Below are positions 10,681 through 20,755 of a stretch of 64,000 nucleotides of DNA, one piece after another (positions within the stretch are counted from its first letter, which is position 1; each line of letters starts with the position of its first letter). Source of the stretch: Spirochaetia bacterium (lineage in GTDB: Bacteria; Spirochaetota; Spirochaetia; UBA9216); the NCBI GenBank assembly GCA_965140585.1, contig OZ223264.1, positions 832,001-896,000 on the forward strand, in the 5' to 3' direction. The notes under the pieces are model-generated. The model was not told the DNA's origin. It did not search any database and saw only the letters and a program-made list of their open reading frames with translations. Made by a program: the position numbers and the translations under genes.

Positions 10681-12006
10681 ATGTTTGATTTGATAGTAGC
10701 TGGAGCCGGTCCCGGAGGCTATGTTGCCGCTGAACGTGCCGGCCATATGGGAAAGAAGGTTCTGCTTGTTGAAAAGGAGAACCTCGGCGGTGTCTGCACA
10801 AACCACGGCTGTATTCCCACAAAGAGTCTTCTGAATGCCGCAAAGCATTTTACATACGGAAAAGAATCCGCAAAATTCGGCGTTCATTTTGACAATCCGG
10901 TCTTCAATTTTTCCGAGGCCATGGCCTGGAAGAATGAAACTATAGACAGTCTTAGAAAAGGTATTGCCTTTCTGATGAAGCAGGGCAAGGTTGAAGTCGT
11001 CTACGGTGAAGCAGTTTTTCCCGGAGGGAAAAAGGTGCAGGTCGGCGAAACTGTATACGAGGGTGAGAACCTGATTATTGCAACGGGATCTTCAGCCTTT
11101 GTTCCGCCTATTCCCGGATTTGACGGTCCAAATGTGGTAACAAACCGTGAAATACTGGCGCTGGAGGAACTGCCCAAAAAACTGGCAGTTATCGGCGGAG
11201 GTGTTATCGGCGTTGAGTTTGCTTCTTTCTTCAGTAATGTAGGCGTTGAGGTAAGCGTTATTGAGATGATGGATGAAATATGTCCGATGATGGACGGCGA
11301 AACCGCAAAACTCCTGCGCAAGCAAATGGGTGCGGTAAACTTCCTCCTCTCATCAAAGGTCACAGCAATTACAGCTGACGGTGTTGAATATGAAAAGGAC
11401 GGAAAGAAGGAAAGCGTAAAGGCAGACCTTGTCCTGATGTCAGTCGGAAGGCGGCCGAATGTCGGAGGCTTTGAAAATCTAGGTATTGACTACAGCCCGA
11501 AGGGTGTTGTAGTTGATGAGCGGATGCGAACCAATATTCCCGGTATCTACGCCGTTGGTGATGTAACAGGTGAGAGCCTGCTTGCCCACTCGGCATCAAG
11601 GATGGGTGAAGTTGCCGTGATGAATATGTTCGGAACCGGCGGAATAATGAGATACAACGCGGTCCCCTGGGCTGTTTACTCACTGCCTGAGGTTGCCGGA
11701 TGCGGCTACACAGAAAAGGATGCAAAGGCTGCCGGATACAATGTGAAATCTGCCGCTATGCAGATGCGCGCCAACGGCCGCTTTCTCGCCGAACACGGAA
11801 AGGAAGCCGGTATGTGCAAGGTTATTGCTGATGCCGATACCGACATGATTCTCGGCGTTCACATGATCGGCGCTGTATGTTCGGAGATGATAGGTACAGC
11901 CGCTGCAGCAATTGAAGCGGAACTTCGTACAAAGGATATGAGAGAAATTATCTTCCCGCACCCGAGCGTGTCGGAAATTATCAAAGATGTATGCTGGATG
12001 CTTTAA
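10681..12006 (+). CDS. lpdA: Dihydrolipoyl dehydrogenase (E3)
   Basis: GAGPGGYVAA, GGVCTNHGCIPTK, GGGVIG, HPSVSE. Confidence 0.95.
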   Translation: MFDLIVAGAGPGGYVAAERAGHMGKKVLLVEKENLGGVCTNHGCIPTKSLLNAAKHFTYGKESAKFGVHFDNPVFNFSEAMAWKNETIDSLRKGIAFLMKQGKVEVVYGEAVFPGGKKVQVGETVYEGENLIIATGSSAFVPPIPGFDGPNVVTNREILALEELPKKLAVIGGGVIGVEFASFFSNVGVEVSVIEMMDEICPMMDGETAKLLRKQMGAVNFLLSSKVTAITADGVEYEKDGKKESVKADLVLMSVGRRPNVGGFENLGIDYSPKGVVVDERMRTNIPGIYAVGDVTGESLLAHSASRMGEVAVMNMFGTGGIMRYNAVPWAVYSLPEVAGCGYTEKDAKAAGYNVKSAAMQMRANGRFLAEHGKEAGMCKVIADADTDMILGVHMIGAVCSEMIGTAAAAIEAELRTKDMREIIFPHPSVSEIIKDVCWML

Positions 12007-12035
12007 TCCGGTGCTAAGTTATAAGGAGTTATCAA

Positions 12036-14495
12036 ATGCCTAAAATACTTGAAATAAGGCCGGAAGAAGTTAGAAAGCCCGGCACCATCAAAATAAAGGA
12101 TATACCGGTAAACCAGTATAAGCCTGATATTAAGAAAGAACTTAAGCTGTACGGAAAAGACGGCCTTATCGGCATGTACTATGACATGCTTATTATCCGC
12201 GAGTTTGAAACCATGCTCGATCTCATCAAGAAGGAAGGTTCCTACAACGGACTTGAATACAACCACAAGGGGCCTGCACACCTTTCTGCCGGTCAGGAGT
12301 CCGCATCAGTCGGTCAGTGCGCCGTCCTTGATACAGACGACTTTATCTTCGGTTCCCACCGAAGCCACGGTGAAATACTTGCAAAGTGTTTTTCCGCTAT
12401 CAAGAAGCTTGATGAAGCAAGCCTGAAATCAACAATGGAAGGCTTCATGAACGGCGAAGCTCTGGGAATCGTTGATAAGCACCACAAGGGCGATAACGTA
12501 AAAGACCTTGCAGAGAACTTCGTTCTATATGGAGCACTCGCCGAGATTTTCGCCAGAGCCCCCGGTTTCAACAGAGGCCTCGGCGGTTCAATGCACACCT
12601 TCTTTGCCCCCTTCGGCAGCATGCCCAATAACGCAATTGTAGGCGGAAGTGCCGACATCAGCGTCGGTTCTGCCCTTTACAAGAGAATCAACCGGAAGCC
12701 CGGTATCGTAATTGCCAACATAGGCGACGGATCAATGGCTTGTGGTCCTGTGTGGGAAGGTCTTATGCTTGCAGCAATGGACCAGTACAACACCCTCTGG
12801 GACAAGGATCTCGGCGGAGCTCCTCCAATTATGGTTAATATCTTCAACAACTTCTACGCAATGGGCGGACAGACAAACGGTGAAACAATGGGTTACAAGG
12901 AGCCCGCCAGAATCGGCGCCGGTGTTAATCCCGACAATATGCATGCAGAGCGTGTAGACGGATTCAATCCGCTCGCAGTTGCAGATGCAATGACCAGGAA
13001 GAAAAAACTCCTGCTGGAAGGCAAGGGTCCTGTATTGATGGATACAATCACCTACAGACTCTCCGGCCACTCACCCTCAGATGCTTCATCATACAGAAGC
13101 AAGGAGGAGATGGATGCCTTCAGGGACGCTGATGTAATTCAGAACTTTGAAAAGTACCTCATTGAGAATGATGTTCTTGATCAGAAAACTTCCGAGAGCC
13201 TCAAAGAGAAGGTTACCGGAAAGATTACCAATACAATGCGTATTGCAATTGACGACAATATTTCAAAGCATGTAGACGGCAAGTTCATCGAATCTGTGAT
13301 GTTCTCAAATACAAAGATGGAAAAACTCGATGACCGCGAGCCCGAAGTTCTTATGCCGCTTGAGGAAAACCCGAGAGTAAAGGCAAACGCCAGAAAGAGA
13401 AGATACGCCTTCGATGAAGCAGGAAACAAGCTTCCGGCTTCAAAGCAGTTTGTATACCGTGATGCGCTTTTTGAAGCGGCCGTTCATGGTTTTTATACCG
13501 ATCCGACATTGGTCGCATATGGTGAAGAAAACCGTGACTGGGGCGGAGCTTTTGCCGTTTACCGCGGTCTTACTGAAGCTCTTCCGTACCACAGACTGTT
13601 CAACTCACCGATCTCAGAAGGTTCAATTGTAGGCTCGGCTGTAGGTTACGCTATGAGCGGCGGACGTGCAATGGTTGAACTCATGTACTGCGATTTCCTC
13701 GGAAGGGCAGGTGATGAAGTATTCAACCAGATGCCCAAGTGGCAGTCAATGTCCGGAGGCGAGCTCAGAATGCCGCTTGTCCTTCGTGTTTCTGTCGGAA
13801 ACAAATACGGCGCCCAGCACTCACAGGACTGGTCGGCTCTTGTTGCCCATATTCCCGGACTCAAGGCAATGTTCCCTGCAACTCCGTATGATGCAAAGGG
13901 GATGCTTAACCTGGCGCTCAGTGGAACAGACCCTGTTATCTTTTTTGAAAGCCAGAAACTTTACGGTATCGGCGAAGAGTTTGAGAAAGCCGGTGTTCCT
14001 GAAGGATACTATGAAATCGAAGAAGGCGAACCTGCAGTTAGAAGAACCGGAAGTGATGTAACAATTATCACCATCGGGGCTACTCTCTATGAAGCAGTCA
14101 AGGCTGCCGATGAGCTTCAGGAAAAATACGGAATGAGCGCCGAGGTTATCGACCTCAGATTCATCAATCCGCTCAACTATGACAAGATCATCGAGTCTGT
14201 TAAGAAGACCGGTAAGGTGGTTCTTTCATCAGACGCAAGCGAGAGGGGTTCATACCTGCACAACATAGCATCAAATATCAGCAGACTGGCATTCGATTAC
14301 CTCGATGCGCCACCGGTAGTAGTCGGTTCAAAGAACTGGATTACTCCGCCGGCAGAAATGGAAGACTACTTCTTCCCGACATCAAAGTGGATCATTGATG
14401 CCATTGATGAAAACATAATTCCGCTTTCCGGCCACAGCCCTTCATCTGTTCAGACCAACGGAGAGCTCCTCAGATCCCAGAGGGAAGGTGTATGA
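12036..14495 (+). CDS. Fused alpha/beta E1 component of a ThDP-dependent 2-oxoacid/acetoin-type dehydrogenase
   Basis: [18 protein letters not shown] ThDP motif, TYRLSGHS; beta half NSPISE, AQHSQ. Confidence 0.92.
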   Translation: MPKILEIRPEEVRKPGTIKIKDIPVNQYKPDIKKELKLYGKDGLIGMYYDMLIIREFETMLDLIKKEGSYNGLEYNHKGPAHLSAGQESASVGQCAVLDTDDFIFGSHRSHGEILAKCFSAIKKLDEASLKSTMEGFMNGEALGIVDKHHKGDNVKDLAENFVLYGALAEIFARAPGFNRGLGGSMHTFFAPFGSMPNNAIVGGSADISVGSALYKRINRKPGIVIANIGDGSMACGPVWEGLMLAAMDQYNTLWDKDLGGAPPIMVNIFNNFYAMGGQTNGETMGYKEPARIGAGVNPDNMHAERVDGFNPLAVADAMTRKKKLLLEGKGPVLMDTITYRLSGHSPSDASSYRSKEEMDAFRDADVIQNFEKYLIENDVLDQKTSESLKEKVTGKITNTMRIAIDDNISKHVDGKFIESVMFSNTKMEKLDDREPEVLMPLEENPRVKANARKRRYAFDEAGNKLPASKQFVYRDALFEAAVHGFYTDPTLVAYGEENRDWGGAFAVYRGLTEALPYHRLFNSPISEGSIVGSAVGYAMSGGRAMVELMYCDFLGRAGDEVFNQMPKWQSMSGGELRMPLVLRVSVGNKYGAQHSQDWSALVAHIPGLKAMFPATPYDAKGMLNLALSGTDPVIFFESQKLYGIGEEFEKAGVPEGYYEIEEGEPAVRRTGSDVTIITIGATLYEAVKAADELQEKYGMSAEVIDLRFINPLNYDKIIESVKKTGKVVLSSDASERGSYLHNIASNISRLAFDYLDAPPVVVGSKNWITPPAEMEDYFFPTSKWIIDAIDENIIPLSGHSPSSVQTNGELLRSQREGV

Positions 14496-15829
14496 TAAAT
14501 ACCGATCCCGGAAAAGTATTATCAGAGCAACTCAACAGCAGCAGCCGGACCGAGCGTCTGGCTGCTGCTTCTGCAATAGGGGATATGATTAAAAGCGGGA
14601 AGCTCTCAAACGGGCAGACCGATGAGGTCAACAATCATATCCATACAATTTATTCCTTCAGCCCTTATTCACCTTCAAAGGCCGCATTTATGGCCTGGGC
14701 ATCAGGACTGAAGGCTGCGGGCAGTGTTGACCATGACAGCATCGGGGCGGCCGCGGAGATGGTTGAAGCATGTAAGTCCATAGGCATAGGTTCGACAACC
14801 GGCTTTGAGCTGAGAGTCAACTTCAGCGGCACTTCACTTGAAACCAGAAAGATAAACAACCCCGACACCATAAACAGTGCATACATCTGTATTCACGGCG
14901 TTCCCCACGGTCGCTTTGCTGAGGTTGCGGAATTTATCAAGCCGATAAGAGATGAGCGGAATATCAGAAACCGGACGGAGGTTGAAAAGCTCAACAGCAT
15001 CCTTCCTCAGGGAGTTTTTGAAACCCTGGATTTTGAGAAGGATGTGCTTGCAATTTCAGAATCTGCAGACGGGGGAGGTGTTACCGAGCGTCATATCCTC
15101 TACGCCTTAAGCCATAAGATAATCGAGGCTGCCGGAAAGGGGGAGGGCACGGTTGATTTGGTAACTGATAAACTCGGCATACCTTTGACTGATAAAATCA
15201 AAGGCTTCCTGCTTGATACTGAAAATCCCCATTATGTTTACGATCTGCTCGGCATACTCAAAAGCAATCTTGTACCGTCTTTTTTCATACAGCCGAATGA
15301 GGTTGAATGTCCGGCTGCAGATAAGGTTGTGGCATTTGCCAACAGCATCAATGCTATTCCTTCGTATGCCTACCTCGGAGATGTTGCCGAAAGTCCTACC
15401 GGAGACAAGAAGGCTGAAAAATTCGAGGATGACTATCTTGATGAACTGTTTGAAATATTGAAAAAGACCGGCTTCAAGGCAGTAACATACATGCCGCCGA
15501 GAAACACTGTTAAGCAGCTTCTTCGGGTACAGGCTCTCTGCGATAAGCATGCGTTCATGCAGATCAGCGGTGTGGATATAAACTCCTCCAGACAGGTTTT
15601 CAGATGTCCGGAAATTCTTCAGCCCGAGTTTACACATCTTATCGATGCAACATGGACGCTTATTGCTCATGAGCATCTTGCCTCTGCCGACGAATCTTAT
15701 GCGCTTTTCAATCCTCAAGGAAAATTCGCGTCAAAGCCGCTTTCCGAAAGAATGAAGCTCTATGCTGAGGCCGGTAAAAAGATGGATCTTTTTAATCCTG
15801 AAAATATAATCGATTTAATAGGAGCATAA
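14492..15829 (+). CDS. PHP-domain metallophosphoesterase
   Basis: NNHIHTIYS (HxH), DHD, GFE motifs; 4-bp overlap with E1 stop (translational coupling). Confidence 0.8.
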   Translation: MINTDPGKVLSEQLNSSSRTERLAAASAIGDMIKSGKLSNGQTDEVNNHIHTIYSFSPYSPSKAAFMAWASGLKAAGSVDHDSIGAAAEMVEACKSIGIGSTTGFELRVNFSGTSLETRKINNPDTINSAYICIHGVPHGRFAEVAEFIKPIRDERNIRNRTEVEKLNSILPQGVFETLDFEKDVLAISESADGGGVTERHILYALSHKIIEAAGKGEGTVDLVTDKLGIPLTDKIKGFLLDTENPHYVYDLLGILKSNLVPSFFIQPNEVECPAADKVVAFANSINAIPSYAYLGDVAESPTGDKKAEKFEDDYLDELFEILKKTGFKAVTYMPPRNTVKQLLRVQALCDKHAFMQISGVDINSSRQVFRCPEILQPEFTHLIDATWTLIAHEHLASADESYALFNPQGKFASKPLSERMKLYAEAGKKMDLFNPENIIDLIGA

Positions 15830-15830
15830 A

Positions 15831-16928
15831 ATGAGCATAAAAGCAGAAGCTATAGCACCGCTTATCCGCGGGCTTACATATAACGGTGAAACAGGGGCAA
15901 CTGTAACCTTCAGTCCTGAGAGGAAATCCGGACCGGGTGTGCTTTCTGTTAAGGATGCTGAAGCTTTTTTTGAGAATCCCGGTACTGCATACAGTGAGTA
16001 TCTGTTAGTAAACAAGAATATTCCTGAAGCCGTTTCGGTGGAAGGCTTGGGGTCTTTTGCTGTCAGTACAGCACTGCGCGACGGCTGGCCTTCAGTACTA
16101 GCCGGTAAGATTGCAGTAGTAACCGGCGGGGCCCAGGGCTTTGGAGCAGGCATTGTCGAGCAGCTTGTGAAAAAGGACATCTTTGTCTTTGTTGCCGACA
16201 TGAACCTTAAGGGTGCGCAGGAGTTTGCCGCACAGACTAATAAGTCTATCGGTAGAGAATGCTGCGACGCCGTCGAGGTCAATGTTGCTGATGAAGCTTC
16301 TGTTGAACAGATGATGAATACCATTGCCCTGAAGAAGGGCGGAATTGATATCTTTATAAATAACGCCGGTGTGCTTAAGGCCGGTAGCGTTAAAGAGATG
16401 AATCTCGGAGATTTTGAGTTTGTGACAAAGGTAAACTACACCGGCTACTTCATCTGCACCAAGTTCGCCTCACGCCTTATGGCTGAGCAGAACCGGGGTG
16501 CTGAATCAATCGGCAAAAACTATTACTCCGATGTTATCCAGATAAACTCAAAGTCAGGGCTTGAGGGATCAAACAAGAACGGTGCATATGCCGGCGGCAA
16601 GTTCGGCGGAATCGGCCTTACCCAGAGTTTCGCTCTTGAACTGATAAGCGACAATATCAAGGTTAACTCAATATGTCCGGGGAACTTCTTTGAAGGCCCT
16701 CTCTGGTCGGATCCGGAAAGGGGACTTTTTGTTCAATATTTAAACGCTGGAAAGGTTCCGGGTGCGAAGACAATTGCGGATGTGAAGGAGTTCTATGAGG
16801 CAAAGGTTCCAATGGGCCGCGGCTGTAATCCTGTCGATGTATCAAAGGCTGTTTTTTACCTTGTAGAGCAGAAATATGAAACAGGACAGGCCCTCCCGGT
16901 AACCGGCGGCCAGATAATGTTAAAATAA
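15831..16928 (+). CDS. SDR, sorbitol-6-phosphate 2-dehydrogenase-like, with N-terminal extension
   Basis: TGGAQGFG, NNAG, INSKSG, YAGGK, VPMGRGC, TGQALPVTGGQ resemble SrlD/SorD. Confidence 0.82.
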   Translation: MSIKAEAIAPLIRGLTYNGETGATVTFSPERKSGPGVLSVKDAEAFFENPGTAYSEYLLVNKNIPEAVSVEGLGSFAVSTALRDGWPSVLAGKIAVVTGGAQGFGAGIVEQLVKKDIFVFVADMNLKGAQEFAAQTNKSIGRECCDAVEVNVADEASVEQMMNTIALKKGGIDIFINNAGVLKAGSVKEMNLGDFEFVTKVNYTGYFICTKFASRLMAEQNRGAESIGKNYYSDVIQINSKSGLEGSNKNGAYAGGKFGGIGLTQSFALELISDNIKVNSICPGNFFEGPLWSDPERGLFVQYLNAGKVPGAKTIADVKEFYEAKVPMGRGCNPVDVSKAVFYLVEQKYETGQALPVTGGQIMLK

Positions 16929-16943
16929 GGGAGCGGTTGATTT

Positions 16944-18359
16944 ATGAGGAAGTTTATAGCTGTAGACCTGGGAGCATCAAGCGGCAGGGTGATTGTCGGG
17001 GATCTCTACGGAATAGAGATAATGACAAGATTTCCAAGCCGGATTGTCAGGATTAAAGACACAATATACTGGGATTTTCTTGCCCTTTTCACAGATATTA
17101 AAAAGGGTCTGAAGGAAGCCTTTGATAAATACGGAAGCCAGATTAAAAGTATCGGGATAGATACCTGGGGCGTTGATTATGCTCTGCTTGATAAAAACGG
17201 AGATCTCATCTCCAACCCATACCACTACCGCGACAGCAGAACAGATGGTATGGAGGAGGAGTTTTTCAAGCTTGTTCCTAAAGAGGATATATACAAGGAA
17301 ACCGGTATTCAGTTCATGCAGCTCAATACCATCTTCCAGCTGCTTGCTCACAGCAGAAAATCTCCTGAAACGGTTGCCGCTGCAAGGCATTTTCTTACCG
17401 TACCGGACCTGCTGAACTACTGGCTGACAGGCGTAATCAGCAACGAGTTTTCCGAAGCCTCAACGACCCAGCTGCTCAATCCCGAGACTCGCAAGTGGTC
17501 TGAAAGACTGATAACCGCAGCCGGGTTTAAGCCTGAAATATTCAGTGATGTTGTCCTTCCGGGCGCCGTAATTGGAAAGCTCCTGCCGGAAGAGGCGGCC
17601 GAAATAGGGGCTCCTTCCGATGTTGTTGTAACGGCACCGGCCTGTCACGATACCGCATCAGCGGTTGCCGCAATGCCATATACCGGCAGCGGGAATGCAG
17701 CATACCTGAGTTCCGGTACCTGGTCTCTGCTCGGTATTGAACTTGAGAAACCCATTATCAATGATCTTAGCTTCAAGTATAATTTTACCAATGAAGGCGG
17801 CCGTGAAGGTCTTATTACATACCTTAAGAATATAATGGGGCTCTGGGTAATTCAGGAATGCAAGGCCGACTGGGACAAGAGCGGGAACGAACTAGGCTGG
17901 GGTGAGATTGTGAGTCTTGCAGAGAAAGCCCGGACAGCGGAATGGCCTGTGGATCTCGATGATCCGCTGTTTTTGAAATCAAGTCTTACAGACGGCAGCA
18001 TGCCCGGCCGCATCATTCAGTACTGTAAGGATGCCGGAACTGATGTGCCTGCAAACCCGGGTGAGGTTGCTGCATGTGTATTCAGAAATCTTGCTGATAA
18101 GTATGCAAAAACTGTTGGAAAGCTTGAAGAAATAACCGGTAAGCGGGTGGAGCAGCTTAATATTATCGGCGGCGGCTGTCAGAATGATCTTATAAATAAA
18201 TGGACTGCCGAAGCTCTTAAAAGACCTGTTCTGGCCGGACCGGTAGAGGCGACAGCCCTTGGAAATATTCTGATTCAGGCTGTATCTGCCGGTGAAGTTT
18301 CCTCCTATGAAGAAGGCAGAAAACTGATCGCTCAGAACTTCGAAATCAGAGAGTACTAA
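16944..18359 (+). CDS. Rhamnulokinase-family (FGGY) sugar kinase
   Basis: AVDLGASSGRV, IDTWGVDY, HYRDSRT, HDTASAV, SSGTWSL, TNEGG, GPVEATALGN. Confidence 0.92.
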   Translation: MRKFIAVDLGASSGRVIVGDLYGIEIMTRFPSRIVRIKDTIYWDFLALFTDIKKGLKEAFDKYGSQIKSIGIDTWGVDYALLDKNGDLISNPYHYRDSRTDGMEEEFFKLVPKEDIYKETGIQFMQLNTIFQLLAHSRKSPETVAAARHFLTVPDLLNYWLTGVISNEFSEASTTQLLNPETRKWSERLITAAGFKPEIFSDVVLPGAVIGKLLPEEAAEIGAPSDVVVTAPACHDTASAVAAMPYTGSGNAAYLSSGTWSLLGIELEKPIINDLSFKYNFTNEGGREGLITYLKNIMGLWVIQECKADWDKSGNELGWGEIVSLAEKARTAEWPVDLDDPLFLKSSLTDGSMPGRIIQYCKDAGTDVPANPGEVAACVFRNLADKYAKTVGKLEEITGKRVEQLNIIGGGCQNDLINKWTAEALKRPVLAGPVEATALGNILIQAVSAGEVSSYEEGRKLIAQNFEIREY

Positions 18360-18366
18360 AGCATAA

Positions 18367-18399
18367 TAGAATTAAAAAGCTTCAGTTTTTTAATTCTTA
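18367..18399. terminator. AT-rich hairpin ending the sugar/dehydrogenase operon
   Basis: AAGAATTAAAAA / TTTTTAATTCTT inverted repeat just after the stop codon. Confidence 0.5.
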
Positions 18400-18648
18400 C
18401 CATAGATTTACACACATAATATTTTTTTGAAAAAAAAAATTATGCAAAAACACCGGGAAACCCGTACCGGGGCATCCCGGTGTTTCATCCATCAAGAAGC
18501 GGGTGGAGATTTCTTTTGGCCGGCAGCCGATGCCGGTCTTTTTTTGCTGTACAGAATGATCATAAAAAATAGAATATAGTAAAACATATATAGACAAATA
18601 GAAATATAGCGTGTATCCTGTGGTTAATAATTGAATGGAGAATCTGTA

Positions 18649-19164
18649 ATGAAATCCTCAAATCGTATAACCTCATTTTTTACTTCTAAAAGGAGATGGA
18701 TACAGCTGCTTGCCGGTGCGGGGATGTTTGCCGCAGTATTTTACCTGCATATCAGCCTTTTGTATGTTCTCGGCGTCGGGGCTTTGGCAGGAATAATATT
18801 TGGAAAGGTTTTCTGCCGCTGGATCTGCCCGATGGGTTTTATCAAGGAGCTTCTAACCGGTTCAGTTCCCGATGAAGATAAGTTTATACAGACATACCAG
18901 TATCACAAAATGGGATGCCCAATTGCCTGGGTTTCCGGATTCCTCAACAGGTTTTCATTGTTCAGGATAAAACTGGACCGGGACTCATGTAAAAACTGCG
19001 GAGTCTGCGACAGGGCCTGCTACCTATCTACACTGGAGTCAGAGACTTACAGTTTATATAAAGAAGATAAAAAGATTCCCGGAGAAGCATTCGCCTGTTC
19101 CAAATGTCTTAAATGTGTTGAAGCCTGTCCTTCAGGATGTCTGAGCTACAGTCCGGGCAGATAG
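18649..19164 (+). CDS. Small membrane 4Fe-4S binding protein (NapH/MauN-like)
   Basis: TM segments, FCRWICPMG, CKNCGVCDRAC, CSKCLKCVEACP; ATG start chosen over the upstream TTG. Confidence 0.85.
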   Translation: MKSSNRITSFFTSKRRWIQLLAGAGMFAAVFYLHISLLYVLGVGALAGIIFGKVFCRWICPMGFIKELLTGSVPDEDKFIQTYQYHKMGCPIAWVSGFLNRFSLFRIKLDRDSCKNCGVCDRACYLSTLESETYSLYKEDKKIPGEAFACSKCLKCVEACPSGCLSYSPGR

Positions 19165-19243
19165 CCGGAAGCATTAGAAAAACACTACTTGAAATTGCTG
19201 TCTCCAGCAAATAGAATGATGGAACTTTTTAAACGGGGTTCAT

Positions 19244-20167
19244 ATGGGCAATATCTTATCTTCTGTTTTCAGCGTGGTACCGATTTTCATCCTGATAATT
19301 TTCGGGATAATTCTCCGGCGTTTCAATTTTCTGAATGATGATTTTATTAAAAAATCCAATAAGATAATTTTTACATTTGCACTGCCGGCGACCCTTTTTC
19401 AGAAGATGCGCTCTATTGAATCAGTACCATCCGAACTGCTTGGGGGGATTGGTGTCTTTCTTGCTGCAACCATCACCACAGTTTTTGTAACATGGCTCAT
19501 CCTTCGTAGATACGAGCACCCTATGAGGGCAAGTGCACTGCAGGGGGCATTCCGCAGCAATGTTGCTATTGTAGGCCTTGCAGTTGTGCAGAATCTGCTG
19601 TCTGATTCCGGTGTTGCTGTGGCCATCGTAATTATAGCTTTTACTATGCCTGTTTATAATATACTTTGTATCATTGTTCTTGGGGATCACTCAGAACAGA
19701 AACCGTATCAGATTGTATTGAATGTAATTATAAAATTAATAAAAAATCCGCTGTTTTTGAGTCTTGCCGCCGGTTTATTGTTTTCGCTGATTAAAATCCC
19801 TGTACATTCGGTGATTGATTCATCGTTGAATTATCTTTCCAGAATGACTCTGCCGCTTGCACTGCTTTGTGTAGGAGGTTCACTTCAGCTTTCCAGCCTT
19901 ATTCATGGCAGGGTTTTATGGGGTGTAAGTTCATTCATGAAGCTTGTTCTTCTTCCGCTGCTTGTCTTTACTGCCTGCAGGCTTCTGAACTATTCGAATG
20001 AAATGACAGCTGTTCTTGTGCTTCTCGCAGGCAACCCGACTGCAGTTTCAACCTTTGCAATGGCAGACGGGTTCGGGGCTGATACAAGGCTTGCGGGTGA
20101 AATAATATCGGTGACAACTATTTTTTCTATAATCACCATGTCGCTCTGGATTGTAGTTTTAATCTGA
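19244..20167 (+). CDS. AEC (auxin efflux carrier) family transporter
   Basis: About 10 TM; FRSN.AIVG, PLALLCVG, KLVLLP, PTAV motifs. Confidence 0.9.
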   Translation: MGNILSSVFSVVPIFILIIFGIILRRFNFLNDDFIKKSNKIIFTFALPATLFQKMRSIESVPSELLGGIGVFLAATITTVFVTWLILRRYEHPMRASALQGAFRSNVAIVGLAVVQNLLSDSGVAVAIVIIAFTMPVYNILCIIVLGDHSEQKPYQIVLNVIIKLIKNPLFLSLAAGLLFSLIKIPVHSVIDSSLNYLSRMTLPLALLCVGGSLQLSSLIHGRVLWGVSSFMKLVLLPLLVFTACRLLNYSNEMTAVLVLLAGNPTAVSTFAMADGFGADTRLAGEIISVTTIFSIITMSLWIVVLI

Positions 20168-20731
20168 GTCATCGGTCGGCCGCTGTGAGGGCTAAGAGGG
20201 AGCATTCTTTTTACTTCCGCGAGGATATTATTCCAGTCTGTCCGGCTGTCTTCAAGAAGTATTCCCAGCGGCTCAGTATATTCATGAAATAAGCTGAAAA
20301 ACTTATTAACCGTCTGATTAAAGCTTGTTTCAAGAGCCTCTCCTGTGACCGGGTTTTTATAAGTTATGAGTCCATTCACAAAAGCTTCCTTAAGTCCCTC
20401 CGCAGCCTTCTTCCCGTAAAGCAAATGTTTCACGCGTACACTCAATCTGTGAATAGAATTCCTGATATGTACGGGAATGAGTTCAGGATAAACCATCTAA
20501 GACGGATATCTATTTCAGTTTCCAGTGCTATGTCCATCCTTCGATGCTATTAACTGTTTTCTTTCCGGTACCGTGCTTATAATTGAAAACGGAATCTGGA
20601 ACCATTGCCCCGGTCATAAAGATATTAGGACTCGATTCAATGAGCTTTGAAAGCTGTTTAAGTTCCTTACGTGATTTAAGATATTCTCTCAGTCTGAAGT
20701 TAAGATAAATATGAGATGATTCCTTGGGCAA
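19990..20731 (-). pseudogene. Fragmented zinc-dependent phospholipase C-family-like gene
   Basis: N-fragment MPKESSH..GAMVPD (Zn-PLC-like start) stops at 20528; separate 3' fragment in another frame runs 178 bp into the AEC gene. Confidence 0.5.
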
Positions 20732-20755
20732 AACAGGCCTCCTGCGGCAATTGTA

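Noticed and set aside
15107-15718. 203-aa antisense ORF and similar long shadow ORFs across the window
   Set aside because: They lie opposite well-supported genes and show no motifs
18485-18540. SAM-I riboswitch
   Set aside because: Only partial motif similarity; the conserved P2-P4 elements are not recognisable and no Met gene follows
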